A DNA stretch of 64,000 bases from Octopus sinensis (Eukaryota). Each line of letters begins with the position of its first letter. Position 1 is the first letter of the stretch. Made by a program: the position numbers and the translations under genes. The notes under the pieces are model-generated. The model had not been told where the DNA came from. It saw only the letters and a program-made list of their open reading frames with translations, and made no database searches. This document shows, piece after piece, positions 51,913 through 64,000 of this stretch. Location of the stretch: contig NC_042999.1 in the NCBI RefSeq assembly GCF_006345805.1, forward strand, positions 98,642,001 through 98,706,000, given 5' to 3'.

Positions 51913-52589
51913 AAATCAGTAGCAGAAGTGGGTGCTCTGAAAATGTAACTGGTAGAATAAGAATAGCCTGGGCAAAGTTCAGAGAGCTCCTACCTCAGCT
52001 GGTGACAAAAGGGCCTCTCGCTCAAAACAAAAGGTAGACTGTATGACGCATGTGTATGAGCAACCATGCTACCTGGCAGTGACACATGGGCCGTGACTGT
52101 CGAGGACATGTGTAAGCTTGCAAAGAATGAAGCCAGTATGCTCTGCTGGATGTGTAATGTCAGTATGCATACATGACAGAGTGTAAGTGCTCTGAGAGAA
52201 AAGTTGGATTTAAGAAGCATCAGATGTGGTGTACAAGAAAGACGACTACGCTGGTATGGTCATGTGTTGTGAATGAATGAGGACAGCTGTGTGAAAAAGT
52301 GTCACACTCTAGCAGTTGAGGGAACTTGTGAAAGAGGAAGACCTGGGATGAGGTGGTGAAGCATGACCTTCAAACATTGGACCTTACCAAGGCAATGACT
52401 AGTGACCAAGACCTTTGGAGATATGCTGTGCTTGAGAAGACCTGACAAGCCAAGTGAGACCATAACTATTGACGTATGCCAGTGGGTGTAACTAGCCCAC
52501 TTATAAGTACCCCTCATTCATTGGACAATAAACTTTGCTTGTGAAGACCTGTGGAGGCAAGTGAAATCAAAATCAAAATCGCTGATGTG

Positions 52590-52915
52590 GCCAATGACAG
52601 TACCGCCTGATTGGCACTGGTGCCAATGGAATGTTAAAAGCACCATCCAAGTGTGATCGTTGCTAGGGCTGCTTATTGGCTCCCATGCCGGTGGCATGTA
52701 AAATGCACAATTTGAGTGTGGTCATTGCCAGTGTCGCCTTACTAGTACATGTGCCGGTGGCACATGAAAAATATCTTTTGAGCGTGGTCATTGCCAGTGC
52801 CGCTGAACTGGCTCCTGTGCAGATAGCATGTAAAAAACACCTTTTGAGTGTGGTCGTTGCCAGAATTGCCTGACTGGCCTTCGTGCCAGTGGCAGGTAAA
52901 AGCACCCATTACACT
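52590..52915 (+). repeat. ~63-bp tandem repeats in the RTE 3' UTR
   Basis: About 5 diverged units of gtaaaa.cac....ttgagtgtggtcattgccagtg.cgcctgactggc.cc.gtgccggtggca. Confidence 0.7.
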
Positions 52916-53052
52916 CTCGGAGCGGTTAGCGTTTGGGAGGGCATCCAGCTGTTGAAACTTTGCCAGATCATATTGGAGCCTGGTGCAGCCCTCTGGCTCT
53001 CAGTGCTCAATCAAACAGTCAGCATGGAAAGCGACATTAAACGACACTGATG

Positions 53053-53088
<36 letters not shown>

Positions 53089-54926
53089 ATTAATATTAAT
53101 ATTAGGGAAGTTATTTCTGACTCCACAGGGGCAAGAAGTTCAATTTACTGGTACTAAAATGAATTACTCACTGTATTATATACATATATATAGATAGGTT
53201 TAAGAGACAGAATCACCCTCAAGCAACTCATCATTGAACAACATTATCCATAATAGGTACATATTGGACTAAATATTAAAATTATCAAAATTAATACCTT
53301 CAATTCTTATTCCAAATCATATACTTTATATTATACAGACTACGTGCGTTTCATGACAACATATTCCTCGATACTTATTTTGCTATTTACATCCTATATA
53401 AAGACATGACAAACTAAAATTATATAACTAGAAGTTGTTGGAATAATTTTACTTTAGCAAATAATGAACAGAAATGTGGAATAAAAGTAGGAAAATGAAA
53501 TGTTAGTAAAAAGAAATGTTAACTTATTTGTATGGTAATTTTCTCTCCATGAATTACACATGGCTACCAGCATTCGTATAATCCAACATTGAGAGCTACT
53601 GTGTATGTGTGTATGGGTGTGTGTGCGTATGTGTTATCTAGGCTGCATATGGATGATTGGTGCTTGTGGAAGGGTTGAATCATCCACATGAGACTATGCA
53701 TTGTTTGGGTATGACATGAATGATAAAATGATATTCCATGTCTTAATGTAATAAAATTAGTTTTTGCTCATCCAGTCATTATTGATCCACTGCCAGATGC
53801 AACCTCTGTATACTGTTGTTGACTTATTTATGCTGGTTGTAGGCCTACTTCTGCCTAGTGGTAAATTGTAGATTAGACACATTACTCCTGTGATTAGGTG
53901 TTTAGTCTTTGCACTTTGTAATTAAGCAGGATTTGGACTCAGAACACAAAATGCTGAAACAGCTATTACAAGAAAGCTCATTTTATACTCCAGAAATTCT
54001 ACCAATCAACTATACTGGATTGATGCTTTATTTATTGACCATGGAAGGATGGAAAGTAAAGGTGACTTTGATGACATTTGAACTCAGAGAATTGAGAGCT
54101 AGAAAGCCAGAATAGTTGTCGCAAGGTATTCTTTCTGAATCTGTAATGTGGTATTTTGAAATTGAAGTTTTCTGGAACTCGAAGGCTCCAAGAAAGATTG
54201 CTTTTTTTTTTTGTTTAACTCTGTATTTGTAATTTAATTGCACACACAAGGCATATTCAAAATACTGGCATCTCCATTTAGTAAAGAGACCCCTAGAGAG
54301 GTAAAAAATGACCTCTTTATAGGGAATTGTAGGGTAATTTGGTCTGAACAAGATCTTGCTTTAGCTGAATTTTCTGAAACCCTCTTTGCGAGGTTCAATG
54401 GATTCAGTGTTTCCAAAGCTTTGTAAACCATTTTTAGGATTTGTTTAAAAAGAATTAATAATGATATGCTATAATTTTCATGTCAGTAATGTATTTCAAG
54501 AGTTCTGCTAGAGCAAAATGGTTGGGATTCATAATAATGATTCCGCAAGTTTGCCATCTATAATATAATGCAAAATGATATTCTGTATTTGATGTGAGGA
54601 AATTATGTTCGTTATCATAATGTAATAAGAAGATATTCTGTATATTAATGTGATAAAATAATATTCTGTATTGAATTCTGTATTGATATTCTGCTCAGTA
54701 TATCAGTAACATGCCTCTAATTTCATGTATTATATTCATTTTCTCCCTCCCAGTCATGATGGTACATTTACATCCAGCATACATTATCTACACATATTGT
54801 ATAGTTTTGCCAGTGTTGTAAGCTTGTTGGATTTTATCAGTCAATGCTTCTCAAAGTCTAAAACAAAAATTTGATGTTTGTTTATAAAAGTTTTATATTA
54901 TTATCATTCAAAGGCCATTATATGCC

Positions 54927-54990
<64 letters not shown>

Positions 54991-55288
54991 TTCAGTAGTT
55001 TTATTTTTATAGTGTGCTTTCACTTCACTACCGAGTGCAGCTCTGTGTGCCTTAGGTATGTGCTGTGATTTGTTGTGATGCTCTGATGGTTATTGTATGG
55101 AAAGTGTTCTGCGTAGGATGTGTGCAGTGCCTAGTAGTTCAATTTTCTGTATGTTATATGTGTTTGTAAGTCCTGGTGTTTTTGTTATGTATTTGTCTGA
55201 ATATTTTTTTATCATGCCTAATGCACCTACTATGATAGGAATTGTTTCTGTTTTTAGATTCCACATTCTGGTTACCTCTATTTCCAGT
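54991..55288 (-). mobile_element. R4/Dong-like LINE extreme 3' fragment embedded in (ATT)n
   Basis: LEIEVTRMWNLKTETIPIIVGALGMIKK...QKIELLGTAHILRRTLS; (ATT)n on both sides. Confidence 0.8.
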
Positions 55289-55313
55289 ATTATTATTATT
55301 ATTATTATTATTA

Positions 55314-55359
<46 letters not shown>

Positions 55360-55361
<2 letters not shown>

Positions 55362-55575
55362 GGTGGTGAGCTGGCAGAATTGTTAGCATGCTGGACAAAA
55401 TGGTCACTGGCATTTTGTCTGTCCTTACATTCTGAGTTCAAATTCTGCTATGATCGACTTTGCCTTTCCTCCTTTCAGCATCGATAAAATAAGTACCAGT
55501 TGAGTACTGGGGTTAATGTAATCGACTAGTCCCCTTCCCTAAAATTTCAGGCCTTGCACCTTTAGTAGAGAGGAA

Positions 55576-55578
<3 letters not shown>
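55360..55578 (+). mobile_element. SINE family A, full length, flanked by (ATT)n
   Basis: aaggtggtgagctggcagaattgttagc...gcctttcctcctttcagcatcgataaaataagtaccag. Confidence 0.85.
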
Positions 55579-55624
<46 letters not shown>

Positions 55625-56167
55625 GAGTGAGAGAGCAGTGCATGCCATCAAAGTGACACGGGGTAAAATATACAATGCCCAGTATAATCATCATGACTAC
55701 CCATCTGATAAGGGTACACTAGGCACATGCATCACAACCATATGTGCATGACATGCAGATCTCATATCAAGATAAACAGTGCATGACCTTGCAGGTGGGG
55801 CCTAGTTAGAATTTTCTTCAAGTTGAGTAGCCCATCTTGCTCAAAAGGTCCCTGGATAAGGTTTATTTAGGGATGTTGAACAAAACACCCATGTTTCCAA
55901 AGGTGAATTATCCAAACCCCAAAGAATTCCTCTCAACATATGGCTATGATGCTCCCCCACTACTTTTGCTCGTGATCAGAGAGGTACATATCGTCAGCCA
56001 CTAAGGGACATGCTCAGCTGATTAAGGTCAAGCAACTGACAAGCAAATCTGTGGTATTGAGCAGAAGGTTTGCTGTAGCCCATCTTTTATACCAAGACAA
56101 AACAATGTACATGATAACACTTCCAATCAGTTAAGATCAGAAGCCATGAGAGCCACTGCCTGGTACT
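55625..56167 (+). mobile_element. Unclassified ~540-bp interspersed repeat inserted at (ATT)n
   Basis: 3' third matches 45162-45350; bounded by (ATT)n and (CAT)n. Confidence 0.6.
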
Positions 56168-56170
56168 TGT

Positions 56171-56338
56171 TATCATCATCATCATCATCATCATCCTCAT
56201 CATCATCACCACCATCATCATCACCACCATCATCATCACCACCATCATCATCACCACTATCATCACCATCACCATCACCAGCATCATCACCATCACCACC
56301 ACCATCACCACCACCACCATCATCACCATCACCATCAT
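56171..56338. repeat. (CAT/CAC)n microsatellite
   Basis: Directly visible. Confidence 0.95.
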
Positions 56339-57160
56339 TAAATATTAGATCAAAATCAAATTCTTTCTGATAATTAAATGAGTTTAACTTATATACATAA
56401 GATGTTTCAGTTAATTTTTTTTTTTAATCTAAATTTTTTTTCTTCCGTGTTTTGTAGCCATAAGCTGACCAGAATTGTATAAAGTACAAATTAAAATTAA
56501 GACTATGATTGTCATAAGGTTTTTTTTGTTGCAGTTGTTTTTTTTTTTTTTATTTCATTGATTTATTTACTTTCTGTTTGGAACATTAATGCTTTCTGTC
56601 AGCAGCTCTTGAAATACATTTATTTTATCTATTATGGCAAAATATACTCTGTTGATAAGAGAAACAGACGTACTATTGTAAGTGCTATTTGCACTGCAGG
56701 AGAATGTCTTGAAATAATCCACGTATTAAATGAAATTCCAGCCTATTTTGTTTTCAAAATATGATGTAAAGATTTTAAAGAAATCTTAATATCTTGGTCA
56801 GGAAGATACTGTAGTAGTCTGAATAACACAGACAGGCAGAAGCAGATATGCAGACATACATACATCTACATAAACACAAACACACACATACATATATGTA
56901 CACATACACACACACACACCACACACACACACACACATGCGCGCACACACACACATGAATGTGTATGTGTGTAGGTATATGTATATATATATTAATGAAT
57001 ATTTATATAAAACACAATATGTATTAAAATACAAAGCAATTAAACCGTGAAGGAATGGGACCAGAGGCTAGAGGAAGTAAGCATGTGTCAAGAAGCAGGG
57101 CATTTGAACAGTCTCTTTCTTCATCAGGACATTAAGAGGAACAGACATGTGGAAGAGATC

Positions 57161-57195
<35 letters not shown>

Positions 57196-57418
57196 TTTCT
57201 GGTAAGAGGTTGGGGTAGTGTACACATGTGGGTAGAACCATTGAGTTCAACAGATTCTTAGGAAGTGAAGCTGGATACTCTGTTCTGACTTCCTCTCAAA
57301 GTAAGAGTATCCTTATTTTTTGCTTTCTTGTCACAAACTATTTCAACATGCTGTTTATCTGCCGTGGAGATATATTTCCATTTTTGTTTCTTCTACTCCT
57401 CTAACACCAACACTCATG

Positions 57419-59400
57419 ATGGTTACCAGGATGTAGGTTAGTAACCACATTTTGAGACCACTTTCTTGGGAAGGTGATGTGGTGGCCTGTATACAATAGG
57501 GGAAGCTCCTGATGAAGTTGCAGAGCATTCCAAAAATGGCTAATCTTATGCCACTTTACTTAGAAGAAAGTGCACTGAAACTATCTAGAAATAGATGAAG
57601 CAGATCAGCTGAAAATGTAGAAGATTGAAGAGCATCTGAAGGATGCATATACGAAAGGAGTATTCAAAGCCTACAGCAAACTAAGGAGAGTGAGATGGAT
57701 GGGTGAGGCAGTTGATGACTATGTGAGTGAGATCTGGAGATTAACTGAGTTAGCTAGGTTTACAGCTGGAGTAATGGAGTAGATTGTAAAGCTGGTTTTT
57801 GCAACTGGTTCCCCCACCACCACCATTGCATCTCAGTGAGGTTGCAACAGCTGCTGGACATCAGCTTAATGTCAGTAGGTGAGCTAGTGGACAAGATGTA
57901 AGTGTTAACACAGAGTGAGATGTCACAGCAACAGTGATGGCAGATATAAGTAGAATGAAGAGGCAGGTGACAAATAACAAAATCAGTGGTATGATGAAAT
58001 GGACAGCTAGGAGATCATGCTTTAAGTGTTGGGGTCTGCACATATTCAGAGATTGTATGAAACTGAAATCTGATGTGCCCAGCCCAGGCTCATACAAAAC
58101 GTCTGCAAATAGGGAAATGAAGTGAGAGGGATTACTGCACTGGTACTTCTGCCCATGACCAATTACAGCTGCACCAACGTTTATTGCTTGTAATATGGGT
58201 TCTAGTGGAGCAAGGAAAGCACAAGCTGGTGACTGTAAGAATAGTTGAGAGCTGGAGAGGGAAAAGTGTGGTAGATGGCAGGGAGAAGTGCAGGGGCATT
58301 AGTGAAGTAGAGCTGAAGGTACAGGAGATGTCGGTGAAGCTGCAGGTGATTGTAGTCAATGAGGTGGTGGACAGTGTTGATGTAGTGGCAGGAATGGATT
58401 TAGTTGTACACTTGGGCAGTGTGACAGGATGGGAATGGGATTTAGTGACCATTGTGCTGTGTACTGTGAGTATGGAGTAGATGAAGAAGGCTGTAGGAGT
58501 GACAGATTGCCATCAGAGGGAGGGAGTACTGTAGACAAGATTGAAGATGAGGGTTTCTAGGCTGAATTCGATGGTGGAAGATGGACAGTGGAGTATTGTT
58601 GGAAAGAACACCTGCAAACTGAGAACAGGGTGAGTTGCAATGAGCACACTCTGAAAGGGGAAGCTAGGAATGGGTTCGAGAGAGAGGTGGATAGATGGAT
58701 AGAGGAGGGCATTTTGAAACTGTGTGAAGAAGAGGTGTTGAGGGGTGTGCTGCCAATGAAGGCTGTAGTTCAACTGAGAATAAAGTTCGATTTGTGATAG
58801 ACTTTTGTGAGTTGAATCAACACATGTCCTGCTATATGGACAGTGAGACAGCAGATATTTATGAGGAAACCCTGTGGGAGTGGAGGTGAATAATGGGAGC
58901 AACTACGATCATTGGCTTCAAGTCAGCCTATATGCAGCTTCATGTATCTGAGAAGTTGTGGAGGTAGCTGCTAGTGAGGTACAAGGGCAGAATATACCGT
59001 CTGACTTGGGTTTCAGTTTGAGTTCAGTACGAAAATTCATGGAGAAGATTTTTCAAGGCAATTTTGGGGTAAGAAGCTAAAGTGAAGAAGGCTATTAGTT
59101 CTTATACTGATGACATCTTGGTAGATGAGAGTGTGGCATTGGCAGAGGAAATTGTGGCTCATCTGAGACAGTCCAGATTGATGGCAAAACTACCAAAGGC
59201 TGTAGAAGCAGTATGACAATGGGGCTCAGGCTCAAAAGAGATAAGTTTGTGCCTCAAAGATGAAATGAAATCCTGAACGAGGATATGAAAGGGGAGAGCT
59301 GCTCTCAATATGTGGGAAGTTGGTGGGACACTATCCTGTTGCAGGATGGCTCTGAATTGTGTTGTTACAGGTGTCAATCCATCAGCCTTGCACCAAGTAT
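57419..59400 (+). mobile_element. LTR retrotransposon (Ty3/Gypsy-like) internal gag-pol region, decayed
   Basis: Zinc knuckle CFKCWGLHIFRDC; RT motifs EVDRWIEEGIL, NKVRFVIDFCELN, KSAYMQLHV and SYTDDILV (YxDD); possible PBS tggttaccag at ~57420. LTRs not delimited. Confidence 0.8.
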
Positions 59401-59569
59401 ACATGAAATAAGAAAGATTTGAGTGGAGGAAGACTGGAAGAGGCTAATGATAAATATGACATGCTATCAGGGAAGGTTGGACCTTTCAATGGTTGGCAGT
59501 GAACCAGAGGAAATAGCAATATGGAGGGGAAATCAGTTTAAACTGTGCTCTAAATGGATGTGTAGTCAA

Positions 59570-59965
59570 ATCCCTTTTATGGACTCAACCATGTTCTAAA
59601 GTAAGTCAAAAGGTAAGCTACTATAAATCGGCACAAACTTTCTGGACAACCCAATATTTTTCACCCCAACAAGCATCTTGATGATTTGACTGCAGTTGTT
59701 TGCAAATGTCCACATGCTACTGAGCCTGGTTGTTGGCCAGTTCATGAGGAGCTTCATAACAGCATCTGTTCACAAGGTCAAGCTTATGGGGGAATTGATT
59801 GATGGGGCTTTGTGAAGGACCAATTTCTACTGAGAATGTATTAGTGCTTGTGCTTGGCTGTTGTTCAACCATTTCTACAACAAAAGGTCGTCTTGACCGT
59901 AGTTTGTCTTCGAGGCTGGTGTCCCCTTCCTTAAAACGTCTGAACCAGTTTTGTACACATCATTA
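59570..59965 (-). mobile_element. mariner transposase N-terminal fragment (second subfamily)
   Basis: Reverse complement encodes VQNWFRRFKEGDTSLEDKLRSRRP ... APHEL. Confidence 0.75.
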
Positions 59966-60179
59966 ATTTTTATTGCCACTGCTTTGCATTTGATCCTCAG
60001 AAATAGATACATTCTTTTTCCCCCGTCACCAAAGTGAACTAGTCCAAATTTAACATGACTGAACTAGTTCACATACAACCAATGAACAGCTATCTAGGAA
60101 TTTATTAAAGTGAATGTATAAAATGACTTTTTATCTTTTCCTCAGCTTCATGTGTATTTTTCCAGTGACCAAGTGTTCT

Positions 60180-60392
60180 TTTCTACTCTAGGCACAAGGC
60201 CTGAAATTTTTGAGGAGGGGCCAGTCAATTAGATTGACCCCAATACACAACTCGTACTTAAACTATCAATCCAAAAAGGATGAAAGGCAAAGTCAACCTT
60301 GATGGAATTTGAACACAGAATGTAAAGACACACAAAATACCGCTTAGCATTTTGCCTGGCGTGCTAATGTTTCTGCCAGCTCACTGCCTTCA
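60180..60392 (-). mobile_element. SINE family A, full length
   Basis: aaaggatgaaaggcaaagtcaaccttgatggaatttgaac...ttctgccagctcactgcctt. Confidence 0.85.
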
Positions 60393-60874
60393 TCAGTGAC
60401 CAAGTGTTGTTCTGACAACTGTCAAATGAAATTCTCTTCCTAGTTTCGACTGTTTTTTTTTATAAGTTTTAACTGTGAAATTTAAAGACGTAAAGCCAAT
60501 ACCAAACAGAATTGCTTTGTTTCTCCAGTAATTTATTTTCTTTTATCTAATATCAGCAAAGTTACAAAATCATGCTCATTCGGGTTCACATGAATTATAG
60601 CATGATAAGAGACTCACTCAAAGCTTTACCTCAGTGTATAGTTTGCAGATCCTCCATTTATACATACTTCCACATGAATTTTGATGTGACTGAAATAACA
60701 TTATGGAGAGATTATTTTTTTTTTTATCATAAATTGTCCACTTTAGAAAATAATGCATCCAATGAATTTCTCATATTTTATTCAAAATATCGGTTACATA
60801 ATGCTTCTGCATAATTCTTTGATATTTTTACAGTTTTTGCAGTGACATACATGTTCATTCTTAACATGTTCCAG

Positions 60875-61493
60875 CAGATTTGAATTTGAATATGTTAATC
60901 AGTTCCACATTTGGTCTTTGAAGAGAACATCTTTTATATGTTGCATATTTGGTTCTTGATGTAAAGGGACTTTAAGACACTGGTTTTTTGACCTGGTCAA
61001 GTATCTTCAGTCAAAGCTACACTCAAATAAATAAATCTAAGCAAGACTGGTGGCTGTTGTTTATAGAATTCAGTAAACAAATTGTTTACTGATGCACGTT
61101 GCTGTTTGTTTAAATGATACAAAATTATCATGTACATGTATAACAGTAGAAATCAAAATGGTGATGTATATAACTATTCTTAATTCTGGCAGATTTGAAT
61201 ATGTTATTCACTGTTGTATTTCACCTTCAGAGAACACCCTCTCCTTTTAGATGTGTTGGCAACACACTCGATTCATTGACATAAGGGGACTTTGAGATGC
61301 TGGTGTTTCAACTTGGCTGTGTCTCTCCAGTCAAAGCTAACCCTAGATAACCCTAGATTAATGACACTAAACTAGAATGGCTCTTTATACAATTCAGCAA
61401 ATTATTTGCTGATGCATGATGGTGTCTGCAAAATAAATAAAAAAATCATAATGTTCATATGGAACAGCAAGAATCAAAATGATAATGTACATA
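60875..61493. repeat. Old ~315-bp tandem duplication
   Basis: Colinear anchors in both halves: cagatttgaat, agagaaca, gggacttt, cagtcaaagcta, aattcag, ctgatgca, aatcaaaatg. Confidence 0.75.
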
Positions 61494-62039
61494 TTGATTT
61501 GACAGACAAGTGACCACAGATAACTGTATTCATTGGTCTATAGCCTCATCCAGACTAAGAAATCACACTGACCAAATAAACAAACTTTTACACTACATTC
61601 AGATTTGATTACCAATCATGAAGGTTACTATAAAACTTTCTTTGATTGTTTCCTTTACATTCTCTGATAGGCTGAAAGCTGAGATTGTTCAGTGGTATAC
61701 AATCCATTGCTTTATGAGAAGTTGTTGAAGGCCAGTTCACTTCAATGTTCCTGTAGAGAAGTGAGCCATCCTTACGCCTAATTAGTACTATTCTAACTTT
61801 CTGGACATTGTACACTTCACTCAGACTGGTATAGAAGGCCTTCATATTATGAAAGTCACCAAGGATCTCAATCTAGCCTGTCTTCTTGCCTAACCATGGA
61901 GACTCCACAGTTCCTCCTGTAATAAGGCATTTGAATCATTGAGTCAGCCAGTAGCTTGTCATGTACCTCATCCACTGAGATCTACTTGCTGGTACTTTTA
62001 ACTTTGAGATACTTTTTCATTAAATCAGTCAAGAAGCTT

Positions 62040-62200
62040 GCATCTGGAGAAGCCTGTTAGTTTTGTGGAATCCACTTCATGGTGATGTAAGAAGAGGAAA
62101 ACGTTGTTACACTTACATTGACAACTTGATTGTAGACACCAGCCTGGAATTATCAAAGACCTCGAGGCAGTGATGATGCACCGAGAAGTGTGGTGGGTAG
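62040..62200 (+). mobile_element. RTE-like LINE 3' coding remnant
   Basis: LWNPLHGDVRRGKRCYTYIDNLIVDT...DLEAVMMHREVW. Confidence 0.55.
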
Positions 62201-63792
62201 ACTTTGTTGCTGTTGCCCAGGTTGGTACCCATCCATAATAGTAAAAAAATACTGAGGCTACAGCTGCTTTTGAATGTTGCCTAACTCAACAGGGACCAGC
62301 AAGCATCCATTAGTGTAGTATCAGGTAGTACTTTTAGTGGGCAGGTCACATTTACTGAAAGTACATGTTACTGATATTCAGTCATTTTGGCATACTTCTA
62401 CTGACTTTTTTGCTCCACTGTCTCATAGACAAATGCACATGGCATATGTCAATACATGGTCAGTGAGGCTATCATTTCTCATCTTGGTGCATGCACAACT
62501 TATATCCCCAATGCTGTCACTGCAGTTAAGTATGCAGACCATCAGATACCAATTCATTGACTGCAGGTGACACCAGCTGTAAAACTACAATACAGGAAGC
62601 TAGAAAATGTTATTAGTTATGGTAAAAATCATACTTACTGCATGGTTAAAGTAAAAGTTGTCAGCTGGAATTGAAATTATATTTTCCAAAATGACCTAGA
62701 TCTTGGTCTCATGTCTGGTAATTGTTTTCCACTCTTGTATTAAAATTTTTGAGGACAAGTAGCTGCTGGTACAGTATCAAGATATCTACATTGTGTGGTA
62801 TATTGCCATTGTAGAAACATAAATACTTAAATCAGTTACATTTTGATTTCCAGTTAGGGGCAACCTCATTTACATTAACCTATCAAATATGGCAATAGGA
62901 AGCAACACCTGTTTACTGACAAGCATGTTCATGATGGATAGGCTAACACCAACTTTACTCAAAAATACTCTGCTTCATCTGAGGCTAATAAGATGAGCAC
63001 AAGTTAATCAGATTGGTAATAGGGGTGATGTAATTGATTGTATAATTGAAGTTAGTCCATTGCACTTGACTGAACCTTTTTTCCATTGACCATAAGAGGA
63101 AAAAAGGCAAAATAAACCTTGATGGGATTTGTATTCAAAAGATAAAAAGCAAGAACATATAGAGCAAGGTACTTTCTCCAATGGTCTAATGTTTTATCAT
63201 TTTACAACTTATAGTTTACAGAATTGGGAAATTGCATTTACACTAATTAATTATAGCATTTTAGCAGGGTAAAACTCATATTTTAGCATTTTCAGGTGGT
63301 GTATGTTATTTGTCTGAAGAAAATATATTAACTGAAAATATATTAAATGAATGCAATAAATATAACTGGTGAAATATAAAATTAGATTCAGAGACACATT
63401 AAAATAATAATAATGAATTTATTATATACAGCACTCAGGTGCACTACAGTTTGTTAGAAAAGAATGAAAAAGTGGCTAGAAAATAGAAATTAATCAATTA
63501 ATTAAAGAAAGCCAGCAATGAAAGCCAAAAGTGCATGCACAGAATAGGACACAAAAAGAGAGGAAAGTGAACAGTAAAAGATCCATAATGAACAATCACC
63601 TTTAATTTGTTCTCATCAACTTTAATTCCATAAATTACTCTCCTTCTATGTATCCAGGTATGCAAGTGGTGGGGCTTCAATTCCTACTAAGCTGGTTGGT
63701 AGGATATTGCAAGTTTTGAACTCAGAATACAAAGTGCCAGAATAAATATCAATAGCATCCTGTTGAGTACACTAACTAGTTCCTTAGTCATT

Positions 63793-64000
63793 CTTTTCTA
63801 CTCTAGACACAAGGCCCAACATTTTTGGGGAGGGGGCCAGTTGATTAGATCGACTCCAGTACACAACTGGTACTTAATTCATCGACCCCAAAAAGATGAA
63901 TGGGAAAGTTGACCTCGGTGGAATTTGAACTCAGAATGTAAAGATAGATAAAATACCGCAAAGCATTTCACCCAGCATGCTAACGTTTCTGCCAGCTCGT
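63793..64000 (-). mobile_element. SINE family A copy running to the window end
   Basis: ctggtacttaattcatcgacccc...aaagttgacctcggtggaatttgaactcagaatgtaaag. Confidence 0.85.

Larger units (their letters stand above)
51239..53055 (+). mobile_element. RTE-clade LINE, 5'-truncated and rearranged, with 3' UTR and (GAT) tail
   Basis: WKQGLESKGLRVNLAK, RIRIAWAKFRELLP, KGRLYDACV, RRLRWYGHV; 3' UTR ends cagcatggaaagcgacattaaacgacactgatgat. Confidence 0.85.

Noticed and set aside
61609-61845. Possible LINE endonuclease remnant (KAFYTSL...)
   Set aside because: Similarity is too weak to call without a profile search.

Overview
AT-rich, microsatellite-dense animal DNA. The SINE/LINE repertoire suggests an octopus or other coleoid cephalopod (inference, not checked by search). 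The only recognisable host gene is the 3' part of a + strand class C (mGluR-like) GPCR, in three exons: 3506-4846, 6154-7704 and 9950-11110, about 1350 aa visible, with the 5' end outside the window. Its architecture is unusual. It has a tandem array of Venus-flytrap (VFT) domains, two complete here and a third implied upstream. Each sits on its own phase 0-0 exon, and the domains are joined by short Cys-rich linkers ahead of a single 7TM domain. The remaining ~53 kb has no recognisable host exon. It holds Deu/Nin-like and CORE-like SINEs, decayed pogo/Tc2, mariner, hAT and piggyBac-like DNA elements, RTE and R4/Dong-like LINE fragments, a decayed LTR retrotransposon, a near-perfect 324-bp palindrome, a 436-bp foldback, several minisatellites and an apparent CpG-retained/CpG-depleted domain mosaic. 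Repeat coordinates are approximate and family assignments come from remembered motifs.
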